Source of the DNA: an uncultured Phycisphaerales bacterium
Lineage (GTDB): Bacteria; Planctomycetota; Phycisphaerae; Sedimentisphaerales; Anaerobacaceae
DNA: 64,000 nt
NCBI GenBank assembly: GCA_963718665.1
Contig: OY970359.1
Span: 736,001 to 800,000, forward strand
Direction: 5' to 3'
The notes beneath the pieces were generated by a model that saw only the letters and a program-made list of their open reading frames with translations, did no database searches and was not told the DNA's origin. The position numbers were made by a program, and so were the translations under genes. Positions 11,956 to 22,441 of this stretch are shown piece after piece; positions within the stretch are counted from its first letter, which is position 1, and each line of letters begins with the position of its first letter.

Positions 11956-13044
11956 ATGCCCCAAGCAAATACGCCTTTAATTACGAAACTGACCGAGATT
12001 GAGGCCCGTTTCGACGAGCTGCAAAAGCAGATGGAAAACCCTGACATCGCATGCGAATCCACCAAGCTTATTGCGATGGCGAAGGAACAGGGCAAAATCA
12101 AGGGACTGGTTGCAAAATTTCGCGACTATAAGAAAGCTACGGGGGAAGCGGAGCACGCCGAGCAGCTTATAAACAGCGACTCAACCGAGGCAGAGCTTAA
12201 GGAAATGGCGAAAGAGGAGCTCCAGCAGCTCAATGCCAAAAAGACAACGCTTCTGGCGGAACTACAGGACAAGCTGCTTACCGCCGACGACGATTCAATC
12301 GGTTCGGTCATTATGGAAATACGCGCGGGTACAGGCGGTGAAGAAGCAGCCCTGTTCGCACGCGACCTTTATACGATGTACACAAAATACGCGACCGACC
12401 GCGGGTGGAAAGTCGAAGACCTGGATTTCAGCACCACAGACAGGGGCGGGTTCCGCGAAGTAATATTCGGAATCAAGGGCGAAGGGGTATGGACGGAACT
12501 GGGCTATGAAGGCGGAGGCCACCGGGTCCAGAGAGTGCCGGAAACCGAGGCACAGGGCAGAATTCATACGTCCGCGGCTACTGTCGCGGTTTTGCCTGAG
12601 CCGGAAGAAGTGGATATCCAGATAAATCCCGAAGACGTTGTCGAGCAGGTGTGCAGGTCAAGCGGCCCCGGCGGTCAAAAGGTCAACAAAACAAGCAGCG
12701 CGATACGACTCGAACATATCCCGACGGGAATCACCGTCCGTATGCAGGAAGAAAAAAGTCAGCATAAAAACCGCGCAAAGGCGTGGCGAATATTGCGAAG
12801 CCGGCTTTATGAATTTCACGAGAGCAAGAGAGTAGCCGAACGCGACGCAAAACGCAAAACGATGATTGGCTCGGGCGACCGCAGCGAGAAAATCAGAACA
12901 TATAACTTCCCGCAGAACCGCGTTACCGACCACAGAATCAACCTGTCGCTTTACACATTGGACAAGATACTCGCAGGCGAAGCGGGCGAACTGTTCAAAT
13001 CGCTGAAAGAACACGATATTCAGGAACGGCTGAAAAACCTCTAA
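11956..13044 (+). CDS. prfA: Peptide chain release factor 1
   Basis: [24 protein letters not shown] (PxT motif), [18 protein letters not shown]. Confidence 0.97.
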   Translation: MPQANTPLITKLTEIEARFDELQKQMENPDIACESTKLIAMAKEQGKIKGLVAKFRDYKKATGEAEHAEQLINSDSTEAELKEMAKEELQQLNAKKTTLLAELQDKLLTADDDSIGSVIMEIRAGTGGEEAALFARDLYTMYTKYATDRGWKVEDLDFSTTDRGGFREVIFGIKGEGVWTELGYEGGGHRVQRVPETEAQGRIHTSAATVAVLPEPEEVDIQINPEDVVEQVCRSSGPGGQKVNKTSSAIRLEHIPTGITVRMQEEKSQHKNRAKAWRILRSRLYEFHESKRVAERDAKRKTMIGSGDRSEKIRTYNFPQNRVTDHRINLSLYTLDKILAGEAGELFKSLKEHDIQERLKNL

Positions 13045-13049
13045 CCTTT

Positions 13050-13071
13050 GTAGGGCGGGGTTTACCCCGCC
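13050..13071. repeat. GTAG-type REP palindrome
   Basis: GTAGGGCGGGGTTTACCCCGCC; related copy at 47151-47172. Confidence 0.7.
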
Positions 13072-13081
13072 GAGCAAAACT

Positions 13082-14170
13082 ATGGTAATCGTCGTAACAG
13101 GATTGGTCGGGCTGGACAAAAAAAGCTACCTTAAGAAGGTGTGCGATTATGCGGGCCTTCAAGGCAAAGAGGTGATGCTGTGCAACGTCGGCGATATGAT
13201 GTATGAGGAGGCGCCCGATATAACGCCGGGGAAAATTTTAGATATACCGCTTAAACGGCTGCACTCGCTTCGCAGAAGTGTTTTCAAGGATGTCATCGCA
13301 AAAGCGAAAAAGGCCCCGAACCTGATTGTCAATACACACGCGACTTTCCGCTGGAGGCACGGTTTGTTCCCGGCAGTTGATTTTGACCAGATGCGCCAGC
13401 TCGACGCGAGCATCTATATCTGCCTGATTGACGGCGTCGCCGCACTGCATAGCCGACTGCTCAGCGAACATTTCACCGAACACACACTCAAAGACCTTAT
13501 CGTCTGGCGGGAAGAGGAAATAATCGGCACCGAAATGCTCTGCAAAGGCATCAACGACGATATGCCATTTTACTGCCTCGCCCACGGGGGAACCGAAGAA
13601 ACAATCGAAGCGTTTTACCGACTGGTATTTGAGCCGAAAATCAAACGCGCGTATCTTAGCTTCCCGATGACCGCAGTCACAGACCTCGAAGACGTAAAAA
13701 AAGAAATCGGCGAGTTCAGACAGACGATGAAAAAACACTTCACCTGCTTTGACCCCGGCGATTTGGAAGAGGCGTTCCTGCCGCGTATGGCCCTTGAGGC
13801 CGCTGAAGACGGCAAGGATTTTCTCGAAATCGAGGCGGGCGGCAAAACCGTCCGGCTGAACCTCGACCAGATTCGTCAAATCGAACGCGATATATACAGC
13901 CAGACCTACGCGCGTGACTTTCTGCTTATCGACCAGTCCGATATGATTATCAGCTTTATCCCCACCCTGCCCGACGGCCGGGCGGCCATCTCAAGCGGCG
14001 TCGAACGCGAATTGCAGCACGCACACGAGGCAGCCAAGGACGTTTATGTAATCTGGACCGCGAAACAAACGCCATCGGTGTTTGTAACGCAGACCGCGAC
14101 AAAGCTTTTTGACAACACCAAAAGCGCACTGGAATTTTTCAATAAGAAAAAACTAACCCCGTCCGTTTGA
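13082..14170 (+). CDS. Fusion of an archaeal adenylate-kinase-like domain and a nucleoside 2-deoxyribosyltransferase/N-glycosidase-like domain
   Basis: N-terminal IVVTGLVGLDKKS, NVGDMM, IVNTHA; C-terminal YLSFPMT, RDFLLIDQSD, SSGVERELQHA. Confidence 0.6.
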   Translation: MVIVVTGLVGLDKKSYLKKVCDYAGLQGKEVMLCNVGDMMYEEAPDITPGKILDIPLKRLHSLRRSVFKDVIAKAKKAPNLIVNTHATFRWRHGLFPAVDFDQMRQLDASIYICLIDGVAALHSRLLSEHFTEHTLKDLIVWREEEIIGTEMLCKGINDDMPFYCLAHGGTEETIEAFYRLVFEPKIKRAYLSFPMTAVTDLEDVKKEIGEFRQTMKKHFTCFDPGDLEEAFLPRMALEAAEDGKDFLEIEAGGKTVRLNLDQIRQIERDIYSQTYARDFLLIDQSDMIISFIPTLPDGRAAISSGVERELQHAHEAAKDVYVIWTAKQTPSVFVTQTATKLFDNTKSALEFFNKKKLTPSV

Positions 14171-14244
14171 CAACGCCCAATGAATTTTGAAAACACATTT
14201 ATTGTTTTGCTTGCGGCCGACAGCACAAGAATGAGGCAGCCAAA

Positions 14245-15672
14245 ATGACTATCGCCATATTCAAGACAGTCAAAAAGCAAACCGCCTGTGATTTACACAG
14301 CAAAATTAAATCAGCCGAAATCAACCTTGATTCACTTAGCGAAGTTTTCTCCGCCCTGCCTAGAGTAGCAATCCTCGGCGGCAATTCCTCAAAAGAAACT
14401 GCCGACGGATTTTCATACTGGATGGCAATGCCTAAAGAGGTCTTTGAATTTCGTGCGGGCCAGGTTGAGCCGCTTGAAAAATTACAAAAAATTCTGGATA
14501 AATACAAACCCGCAAAGCCCCCCCTGCCTAATGGTATGTTCACAGGCGGATGGGTCGGCTTCTTCGGCTACGAACTCGGTGAATATTTAGAACCAGTCCC
14601 CCGCTCAAAAACCGATGAGCTGCAACTGCCCTTAATTCGCCTGTGTTTTTATGACCGGCTGATTGCTTATGACCACAAGAAAAAAACCTTCCAACTGATT
14701 ACCCTCGAACTCGATAACGATGCCGAAACCCTCCAGCAAAAATTATCATTCCTCGAAACCCTTCTCAACAAGGCCCGCAATATACGAGTGCCGACACCAA
14801 AATCTACCGATATCGAGAATACCGACTTTTCGCGGATTCGGTCGAATATGACCAAGTATTATTACCTCAGGGCCTTCGAGAAAATCAAACGCCACATATA
14901 CGACGGCGATGTATATCAGATAAATTTCTCGCAGCGCTTTTGTTGCGAATATAACGCCCGGCCAATCGACCTCTTCCACTGGCAGAACCGCTACAATCCA
15001 AGTCCATATTCCGCCTATATCGACGCGGGCGATTTCCAAATCGTAAGTACCTCGCCCGAAATGTTCATAACCGTAAAAGACGGCATAATCAGCACAAAAC
15101 CAATCAAGGGAACCCGCAAACGGCTCGAAGAAGCTTCCACCGAGGCGAAGCGAATCAACGCGGAAAATCTTCAGCAGCTTATCGACAGCGTTAAGGAAAA
15201 AGCTGAATTGAATATGATTATCGACCTTAAGCGAAACGACCTCGCCCGACTCTGCGTCCCAGGAACAAGAAAGGTCGCCCAGCCAAGGACTATCGAGACC
15301 TACAGAAGCGTTTTTCACGCGGTAGCAACTATCACGGGAAAACTCCGGGACAACGTAAATTTCCGTGATATTCTAAAGGCGGTATTTCCCGGCGGGTCAA
15401 TCACGGGCGCACCAAAAATTCGCTCGATGCAAATCATAAACGAAACTGAGCCGACCGCGCGAGGCGTTTACACGGGCAGCATCGGCTATATCGGCCTCGA
15501 TGGCAGTGTGTGCTTGAATATCGCCATACGCACGATTATCATTAAAAACAAATCGGCTTACGTCCAGACGGGCGGCGGCATCGTCGCCGACTCCAACCCG
15601 ATAGCTGAATGGAACGAAACTTTGGTAAAAGCACGGGCACTATTAGCAGGAATAGCTGCGGTGAATCACTGA
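14245..15672 (+). CDS. pabB: Aminodeoxychorismate synthase component I
   Basis: GGWVGFFGYE, GDVYQINFSQR, SPE, PIKGT, FPGGSITGAPK, LNIAIRT, GGGIVADS. Confidence 0.88.
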   Translation: MTIAIFKTVKKQTACDLHSKIKSAEINLDSLSEVFSALPRVAILGGNSSKETADGFSYWMAMPKEVFEFRAGQVEPLEKLQKILDKYKPAKPPLPNGMFTGGWVGFFGYELGEYLEPVPRSKTDELQLPLIRLCFYDRLIAYDHKKKTFQLITLELDNDAETLQQKLSFLETLLNKARNIRVPTPKSTDIENTDFSRIRSNMTKYYYLRAFEKIKRHIYDGDVYQINFSQRFCCEYNARPIDLFHWQNRYNPSPYSAYIDAGDFQIVSTSPEMFITVKDGIISTKPIKGTRKRLEEASTEAKRINAENLQQLIDSVKEKAELNMIIDLKRNDLARLCVPGTRKVAQPRTIETYRSVFHAVATITGKLRDNVNFRDILKAVFPGGSITGAPKIRSMQIINETEPTARGVYTGSIGYIGLDGSVCLNIAIRTIIIKNKSAYVQTGGGIVADSNPIAEWNETLVKARALLAGIAAVNH

Positions 15673-16535
15673 TGGCAGATACGGTTTACCTAAATGACAA
15701 ACTGATAAACATCGATGAAGCCGGCATATCGGTCGGCGACAGCGGATTTTTATATGGGGCCGGGCTGTTTGAAACGATGCGGGCATATAACAGCATCGTC
15801 TTTCGGCTCAATGACCACTCAGACAGATTATTAGCAAGCGCAAAGACCTTGTTCATTGAACATTCTTATAACAAAGAATACCTCAAAGAAGCCGTTTATA
15901 AAGTTATCGAAGCAAATAACCTCACAGATGCCCGGATTCGGCTGACACTTTCAGCAGGGGCAATTCCACAGGCGCAGGCAAAACCGAATCCAACATTGCT
16001 CGTAACCGCGACAAAATTCCAACCCTACCCGGCTGAATATTACAAAAAAGGCGTGCTTATTGTGCTGTGCCCGACAAGACAAAACACAAGCGACCCGGCC
16101 TGCGGACACAAGACAACAAGTTACTTATCGCGTATGCTTGCGTTAAAACAAGCTCATGAAAAAATGGCCGCTGAGGCGATATGGTTCACAACCGATGGGC
16201 GATTAGCAGAGGGGTGTGTCAGCAACGTATTTTTGGTAAAGGATTCCAAATTATTCACGCCGAGGATTAATACACCTGTGCTGCCCGGCATCGCAAGGAA
16301 AACCGTTTGCGAACTGGCAATCGCCAATAAAATTGAATTAATCGAAAAAGACCTTACAATTGACGACCTGCTCGGCGCAGATGAGGTATTTATCACAAAC
16401 GTTATTATGCAGGTAATGCCCGTCGTTGGAATCGAAAAACACAACGTCGGCGAGAGTAAGCCGGGGACAGTAACAAAAAAAATACAGGAGCATTACGACG
16501 AATTTGCGAAAAACAATTGCAGAGGTAAAAAATGA
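15672..16535 (+). CDS. Class IV aminotransferase / 4-amino-4-deoxychorismate lyase (PabC-like)
   Basis: GFLYGAGLFETMR, HKT, EGCVSNVF, LPGIAR; ATG overlaps the pabB stop. Confidence 0.85.
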   Translation: MADTVYLNDKLINIDEAGISVGDSGFLYGAGLFETMRAYNSIVFRLNDHSDRLLASAKTLFIEHSYNKEYLKEAVYKVIEANNLTDARIRLTLSAGAIPQAQAKPNPTLLVTATKFQPYPAEYYKKGVLIVLCPTRQNTSDPACGHKTTSYLSRMLALKQAHEKMAAEAIWFTTDGRLAEGCVSNVFLVKDSKLFTPRINTPVLPGIARKTVCELAIANKIELIEKDLTIDDLLGADEVFITNVIMQVMPVVGIEKHNVGESKPGTVTKKIQEHYDEFAKNNCRGKK

Positions 16536-17644
16536 AGGTTAAAGATATAGCGGCACAAATCGAAAAAATAATCCCGCTTGGTTTAGCGCAGAGCTGGGAC
16601 AACGTAGGCCTGCTTCTCGGAAGCGCGGATAAAAACGTAAAACGCGTCCTGCTCACAATCGATATCACAGCAGACGTTCTCGCTGAGGCCAAACGGCTCA
16701 AAACCGACCTTATCGTTGCCTATCACCCTATCATCTGGGACGGCCTGAAAAAAATAAACACGCAAGGCCCGACAAGCGTCGTTTATGAGCTGATTCGTTC
16801 GGGCATACCCGTCTTTTGCATCCACACCGCACTGGATGCCGTCGAGGGAGGCGTAAATGACAGGCTTGCGGAAATAGTCGGCATACAAAACGGCCATCCG
16901 CTCGGCGATTACGTGTCCGCACCCGTCGGCAACAACTATAAACTCGCGGTTTTTGTCCCCGTGGAATCCGCGGCGAAAGTAGCCGATGCCGTATTCGCGG
17001 CAGGCGCGGGACACATCGGCAATTACAGTCATTGCAGCTTCTCATCACAGGGACAGGGAAGTTTCCTGCCCCTCGAAGGAGCGAGGCCCGCAATAGGCAA
17101 AAGAGGCGTCCTTGAAAAAGTGCCGGAATTGAAATTTGAGGCGATTGTCCCCGCGGAAAAACTCGCAGGCGTAGTAACCGCGATGCTAAATGCACATCCC
17201 TACGAGGTGCCCGCTTACGACATTTATAAACTTGTCGATGAGCAGGCAAAATTCGGCTTAGGCAGAATGGGCAAACTCGCAAAGCCAACGGCGCTATCTG
17301 AAATCATTAAAAAACTAAAGAAACATACCGGCGCAAAGGCAGTCGGCGTCGTAGGCCCCGAAAAACGCACCGTCAGGACCGCCGCCGTATGTGCCGGCTC
17401 CTGCGGCAAACTCATAAACCTCATTATCGCCGAAAATACCGACCTTTACGTTACAGGCGAGCTAAAGCACCATCAGGCCCTTGCGGCCCAGGAAGCGGGG
17501 CTTACCTGCCTGTGCCTGTCGCATACGGTTTCTGAACGATTTATCCTCAAAAAGTTAGCCAAACAGTTGCAAAAACCGCTTCAAACCGTCACAATAAGGG
17601 TAAGCACTAAAGACGCAGACCCATTTAGATGGACGAAAATATGA
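16532..17644 (+). CDS. Nif3-like dinuclear metal centre protein with PII-like insertion
   Basis: WDNVGLL, HTALD, GAGHIGNYSHCSF, HPYEVPAYD, TGELKHH, SHTVSE. Confidence 0.92.
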   Translation: MKVKDIAAQIEKIIPLGLAQSWDNVGLLLGSADKNVKRVLLTIDITADVLAEAKRLKTDLIVAYHPIIWDGLKKINTQGPTSVVYELIRSGIPVFCIHTALDAVEGGVNDRLAEIVGIQNGHPLGDYVSAPVGNNYKLAVFVPVESAAKVADAVFAAGAGHIGNYSHCSFSSQGQGSFLPLEGARPAIGKRGVLEKVPELKFEAIVPAEKLAGVVTAMLNAHPYEVPAYDIYKLVDEQAKFGLGRMGKLAKPTALSEIIKKLKKHTGAKAVGVVGPEKRTVRTAAVCAGSCGKLINLIIAENTDLYVTGELKHHQALAAQEAGLTCLCLSHTVSERFILKKLAKQLQKPLQTVTIRVSTKDADPFRWTKI

Positions 17645-18408
17645 CAGAAGAAAATTTGGCAGCATCGACAGGCGAATCCGCACAAGAAACCGGCGCCGCC
17701 GATGAGCAGAACGATATAGTCGAACAAACAAACGATTCAGAACCTGCAACTGAACCGGCAAACGAACAGCCGGCACAGGATGTCGGGGCACAGGCCGAAA
17801 CTGAACCATCGGACGCTCAGCAACCACAGGAAGAACCCGAAACACCGAGCGACCAGCAGCCGCAGACAACCGACCTGCCACCAGGATTTGAGCCGACGGT
17901 TGAGTCGGTACTGGAGGCGGTGCTTTTCGCCAGCGATGAGTCGCTTACGCCCGCGCACCTGTCCGAGATTGTCGGCACAAACGTCCGCCAGCTCCGCAAG
18001 CACATTGACGACCTCAACGAAAAATACAAGGCCAACAACAACGCCTTTAGAATCGAGCAAATCGCGGGCGGTTACCAGATGCTGACGCTCAGCAAATACA
18101 ACCACTGGCTCAAGAAACTCGTCCGCGCACGCGACGACGGCAAACTCAGCCAGCCGGCCCTCGAAACACTGGCAATCATCGCCTACAAGCAGCCCATTAT
18201 CCGCGCCGATATCGAAGCGATAAGGGGCGTCGCGGCAGGCGAGATGATTCGCAACCTGATGTATAAAGGGCTGGTAAAAATAACGGGCAGGGCCGAGATT
18301 GTGGGCAGACCAATGCTTTACGGCACAACCAAAAAATTCCTCGAGGTCTTCGGCCTAAACGCCCTAAAGGACCTCCCCAAAGCCGAAGAACTCAAAAAGC
18401 CCGAGTAA
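17629..18408 (+). CDS. scpB: SMC-Scp complex subunit ScpB with acidic N-terminal extension
   Basis: LEAVLFAS, AGGYQM, LSQPALETLAIIAYKQPI, IRGV, GRPMLYGTT. Confidence 0.95.
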   Translation: MDENMTEENLAASTGESAQETGAADEQNDIVEQTNDSEPATEPANEQPAQDVGAQAETEPSDAQQPQEEPETPSDQQPQTTDLPPGFEPTVESVLEAVLFASDESLTPAHLSEIVGTNVRQLRKHIDDLNEKYKANNNAFRIEQIAGGYQMLTLSKYNHWLKKLVRARDDGKLSQPALETLAIIAYKQPIIRADIEAIRGVAAGEMIRNLMYKGLVKITGRAEIVGRPMLYGTTKKFLEVFGLNALKDLPKAEELKKPE

Positions 18409-18435
18409 GTAAACATCCTGTGCAAAACAGTTGTT

Positions 18436-18846
18436 CTACTTCCAGACATGGCCGCAGTCCAAACATTTGTATTCTTCCTTCAGCCATGTCACCGGCAGCC
18501 GAAACAGCAGTATTGAAATAATGGCCATTTTCCAGGAATATCGCTCGTACTCGATATTCTCAGAATTGCACTTCGGGCAGGTCAGGTCATATTCACCAAG
18601 TTCGGATGGCTGTTGTGTATCGGATGATATTTCTTTTCTCGCAAGAATCTCAATTGCGGCTTTTGAGTCGGCTTCCCTTACCTTAAGTTTGATACCGCCC
18701 TCGGCCCGTGAAAGGAGCCAGTAGGTCGCCACAAAATTCTCTCCGCTAAGAAAGCACTTAATACCTTCTGATTCGAGCTTCGCCTTGGCAATATTCGCCT
18801 TATACGGCTCATCAAAACTGGCGACTGTTACTAATGTGTCGCTCAT
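18436..18846 (-). CDS. DUF2007-domain (putative signal transducing) protein with C-terminal zinc ribbon
   Basis: ANIAKAKLESEGI, GGIKLKV, CPKC...CLDC; GGAGG RBS. Confidence 0.75.
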   Translation of the reverse strand: MSDTLVTVASFDEPYKANIAKAKLESEGIKCFLSGENFVATYWLLSRAEGGIKLKVREADSKAAIEILARKEISSDTQQPSELGEYDLTCPKCNSENIEYERYSWKMAIISILLFRLPVTWLKEEYKCLDCGHVWK

Positions 18847-18989
18847 ATTTTTTACCTCCCTAAAACAGACCTTATTTAACACCACCACCACTCAAAAAAC
18901 AACCCTAATCCCGCGATACCCTCGACCCGGGCTTTCCCAAAAGCAATCTCCTTGTTAGCGACCCATCAATCTGGTATATTTACCGGATT

Positions 18990-21214
18990 ATGCCGAATGA
19001 AGAACCGCTAAAATCCAGAAGTTTTTTATCAATTTCCGTCCCTGTCGCGACGGTATTCATCTCAAGTTTCTGCCTTATGGTCCTTGAGATGGTGGCGGGC
19101 CGGCTTATAGCACGATATCTTGGCTCGTCATTATATACCTGGACTGCCGTCATAGAGGTGGTCCTCGCGGGCATCACCATAGGTTATTACATAGGCGGCC
19201 GTATAGCGGACAAGTTCAATACCCAAAAAGCGCTTCCCGTGCTGTTCATCGCCGGCTCAATCGCCTGTGTGCTGATTACTGTCTTGGGCAACGCAATACG
19301 CGAATGGCTGTTTCTCTGGCAGTTCGGCTGGCCGGTTCGGGTGTTCAGCACTATGGCGATTATGTTCCTGCTGCCCTGCACCGTGCTCGGTGCTATTACG
19401 CCCGTGGTGGCCAAAAACGCCCTCGAAAAGGGGCTGCCTAAGGGCAGAACGGTAGGCGATATATACGCCTGGGGGGCCGCCGGAAGCATCGCAGGAACAC
19501 TGGCCGCCGGCTATTACCTCATCCCGGCAATGGGAACGATGGCCCTGATTTGGCTGGTAGCGGGAATTATGGCGATACTTGCCATAATCTGCCGGCTGCG
19601 ATTCCGGCCGGCGTATCTGTGGCTGGCGGTATTCGCTTTCCTGCTTATTACGGCTGCCGCTCCGATGCAGTGGTGTATAACCCTGGGCGCAGGCCTTATG
19701 CTGCGAGAACCAATTGACCCGAGAGTGATTTACCAGGATGAAAGCCAATATTGCTACATCGCCGTCAAACAGCTTTCGGCATTTCCTGACAGGCGAATCT
19801 TTGTCCAGGATACGCTCAGGCACAGTGAAATAATTATGGGCGATATCAATGACCTGCAGTATGAATACACAATGGTTTACGAAAAAATCACCCGCCTGAT
19901 GAGTCAAAACAGGAATAACCTCAATGTAATGTTTATAGGCGGCGGCGGCTACGTCTTTCCGAGATATATCCAGGCCAACTGGCCCGGCAGCAGGATAGAC
20001 GTCGTTGAAATCGACCCCGCAGTTACTAAGGCCGCCATAGAGGAATTTGGTCTTGAAAAAGACACCACCATCAATACATTCACTATGGACGCGAGAAATT
20101 ACGTCGATAAGCTGCTCGAAGACCGGCGTAATGGTAAACCAATACCGAAATATGACTTCATTTATGAAGACGCCTTCAACGATTATTCCGTGCCGTATCA
20201 ATTGGTAACTCGTGAATTCAACGATAAAATCGCCGAGATTCTTTCCGATGACGGCGTGTATATTATGAACCTGATAGATACGCACGAAAGCACCAATTCC
20301 TCGGTGCCGTTATCAATACACTGCAGAAGACATTCCCTTACGTTTACGTCACCGCGGAACAAAACACCCACCCCGTCATACGAGAGACATTTGTCGTAGT
20401 GGCCGCTAAAAAGCCAATCGATATGATGGCCCTTCGAGACGACAAAAAAATAAAAATATGGCATCCCACCGAGTCGGAAATGGAGCATTTCAGGAAAAGT
20501 TCGCATGGAATTGTGCTTACGGACGATTACACCCCGGTGGAAAACCTGCTCGCCCCCGTAATCAATCAAAGCGCGAGAGAAGCACTGGGCCAAAGATATT
20601 TAGACGACGCAAAAACGCTTAAGGCCGAGGGTAAACTGGACCAGAGCATAGTGGCATTTGAAAACGCCTCCATAGTTAGTCCGATCCTGGCCTTTAATGA
20701 AATAGCACTGATGAAGGTGGCGCAAAACAAACCTCTGGAAGCGATTAAGGCCTTCCAAAAAGCCATTGATTCTTATGACCCCAATATCGTAAAAGAACGA
20801 TTAAGAGGCCCTATTTATCTCAATCTGGGCATACTCCTGAAGCAGATGGGCAGGGAAGAAGAATCCCGCCGGCACCTTGCCATGGCCATTGAAGAATTCC
20901 GCCTCGACCTGGCTAACGACCCGAATTCCGCCCTTACATGGTCCCGGCTTGGTGAAACTTTTGGTATGATTGGCGACCTTAACGAGGCATCAAACGCCTT
21001 CGAAAAAGCGATAGCCCTGGAACCGGGAAATATAGCCCATCGATATAATTTGGCGCAGGTGTTTGAGTTCCAGGACCGGCTGGCCGATGCCATTGCGGTA
21101 GTTCAAAAAGCGATAGAACTGGCGCCTTTATCGGGCGACAGCGATGCCACAGCAGACCTCAAAGAATATCTTAGCTCTTTAGAGCGAAAACAAGCAGCAA
21201 AAGCCCCAAAGTAA
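18990..21214 (+). pseudogene. Fused MFS/spermidine-synthase-like protein with C-terminal TPRs, split by a frameshift near 20290
   Basis: Membrane domain and IGGGGY/VEIDP/DAF methyltransferase motifs; the expected continuation FLGAVINTLQKTFPYVYV...ETFVVVAAKKP lies in the frame of ORF 20399..21214. Confidence 0.8.
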
Positions 21215-21278
21215 GCAAATATCGCCTGTTTTTGGGAACTTATTTTGCCCCCCGAATGTCAAATAACAGAGAAACTCT

Positions 21279-22397
21279 ATGATTAAGACATTGCGCATAA
21301 CGAGTATCATAGCGGCCATAGCGGCGACTGGTTTGCTCGTATTGCCTGCGGTTTATGGCGTGCGCAGCAACCCTAAAATAGAGGAGCTTCTCAAATCACC
21401 CGGCGTAGTCGAGAAATTCACGTCCGCCAAGGGGCAACAGACCTCTAAAGACCAAAGCCAAAATTCGCCTCTGGTAAAAGAGGCAGTGGCCATAGGTACT
21501 TATTTCAATCCGCCTCCCCCGCCCAAACCTGCACCGAGCGCACAACCGTCTGGTCCTTCGCAACCGGTTCCGCCTGCGCCCGTCGCTGTCAAATTCGACC
21601 TGATAGCAACCTCCTATTTTGCTTCACATCCTGAACAGTCGTTCGTCCTGATAGATGAGCCGGGAAAAGGCCAACACTGGGTCAAACAGGGCACAACTAT
21701 AGGCCATTTGACAATCGAGACGGTCAAAGACGGCTCGATAGTGTTACGGGAGGGCCAGAAAACATCAGAAATGACCGTCAAAGTTCAGGAATCGTGGAGA
21801 AAGCTGTTAAAGAATCCGCCGCCTTCGACGCGTTCGTCCTCAGAGGAAGAACCTGTCGCAGCCAGCCCGGCTGTGCAGACACCGGCCAGCCCTAAAGGGC
21901 CTGAAAACGCTGCTCGCCCTTCGCCTGTTACCACGAATAGGCCGGCAGGCATTATCGGCCCGCCCAACTCTCGCCGGAATCCAAGGCAGGGCGCAACGCC
22001 TCCCGCGTCTGAACGAATTACCTCTCCGAACCAGCCCCCCCCGGCAATTGGGCAACCCAAACCGGCGGAAACTGTGAAAACCCCGCCCGCTTCCGAAGTT
22101 AGCCAGCCGCCTACACCTCCGGTTTTATCAACTCCACCGGCGGCGCAACCTCAGCCGGAGGAGGTACCGAAAACAGCGCCTGCTCCTGAAATTGCCCAGC
22201 CGCCGCCCCAGCCGGAAATCCCGGACTCACCCGCTGTAAAGGAAAAAGCCGCCCAGATAGATAAGCTTATATCCGAAATGAACTCATCATCTGATGAAAA
22301 GGAAACAGATGAGTTATTTAAGCAGATAGAGGAGCTTGGTGGGATGAGGGAAGCGGAAAGCCCAAAAGACGCTAACGCAAAAGACGTCAATAAGTAG
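21279..22397 (+). CDS. Membrane-anchored Pro-rich hypothetical protein (weak GspC/PilP-like beta domain)
   Basis: N-terminal TM helix, KFDLIAT...LIDEPGKGQHWVKQG.TIGHL.IETVKDG segment, long Pro-rich tail. Confidence 0.6.
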   Translation: MIKTLRITSIIAAIAATGLLVLPAVYGVRSNPKIEELLKSPGVVEKFTSAKGQQTSKDQSQNSPLVKEAVAIGTYFNPPPPPKPAPSAQPSGPSQPVPPAPVAVKFDLIATSYFASHPEQSFVLIDEPGKGQHWVKQGTTIGHLTIETVKDGSIVLREGQKTSEMTVKVQESWRKLLKNPPPSTRSSSEEEPVAASPAVQTPASPKGPENAARPSPVTTNRPAGIIGPPNSRRNPRQGATPPASERITSPNQPPPAIGQPKPAETVKTPPASEVSQPPTPPVLSTPPAAQPQPEEVPKTAPAPEIAQPPPQPEIPDSPAVKEKAAQIDKLISEMNSSSDEKETDELFKQIEELGGMREAESPKDANAKDVNK

Positions 22398-22441
22398 TTC
22401 GCCTCAAAATTAACTTCGCCGTGGATTTCTGCGGGCAAAAC

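Noticed and set aside
15217..15243. PabB motif reads IIDLKRNDL rather than VDLERNDL
   Set aside because: This position varies among chorismate-binding enzymes, and the other motifs are intact
19257..20285. 342-aa minus-strand ORF and other long overlapping ORFs (e.g. 33663-34346, 59152-59823, 60280-61035)
   Set aside because: Antisense shadows of well-supported genes with no recognisable motifs
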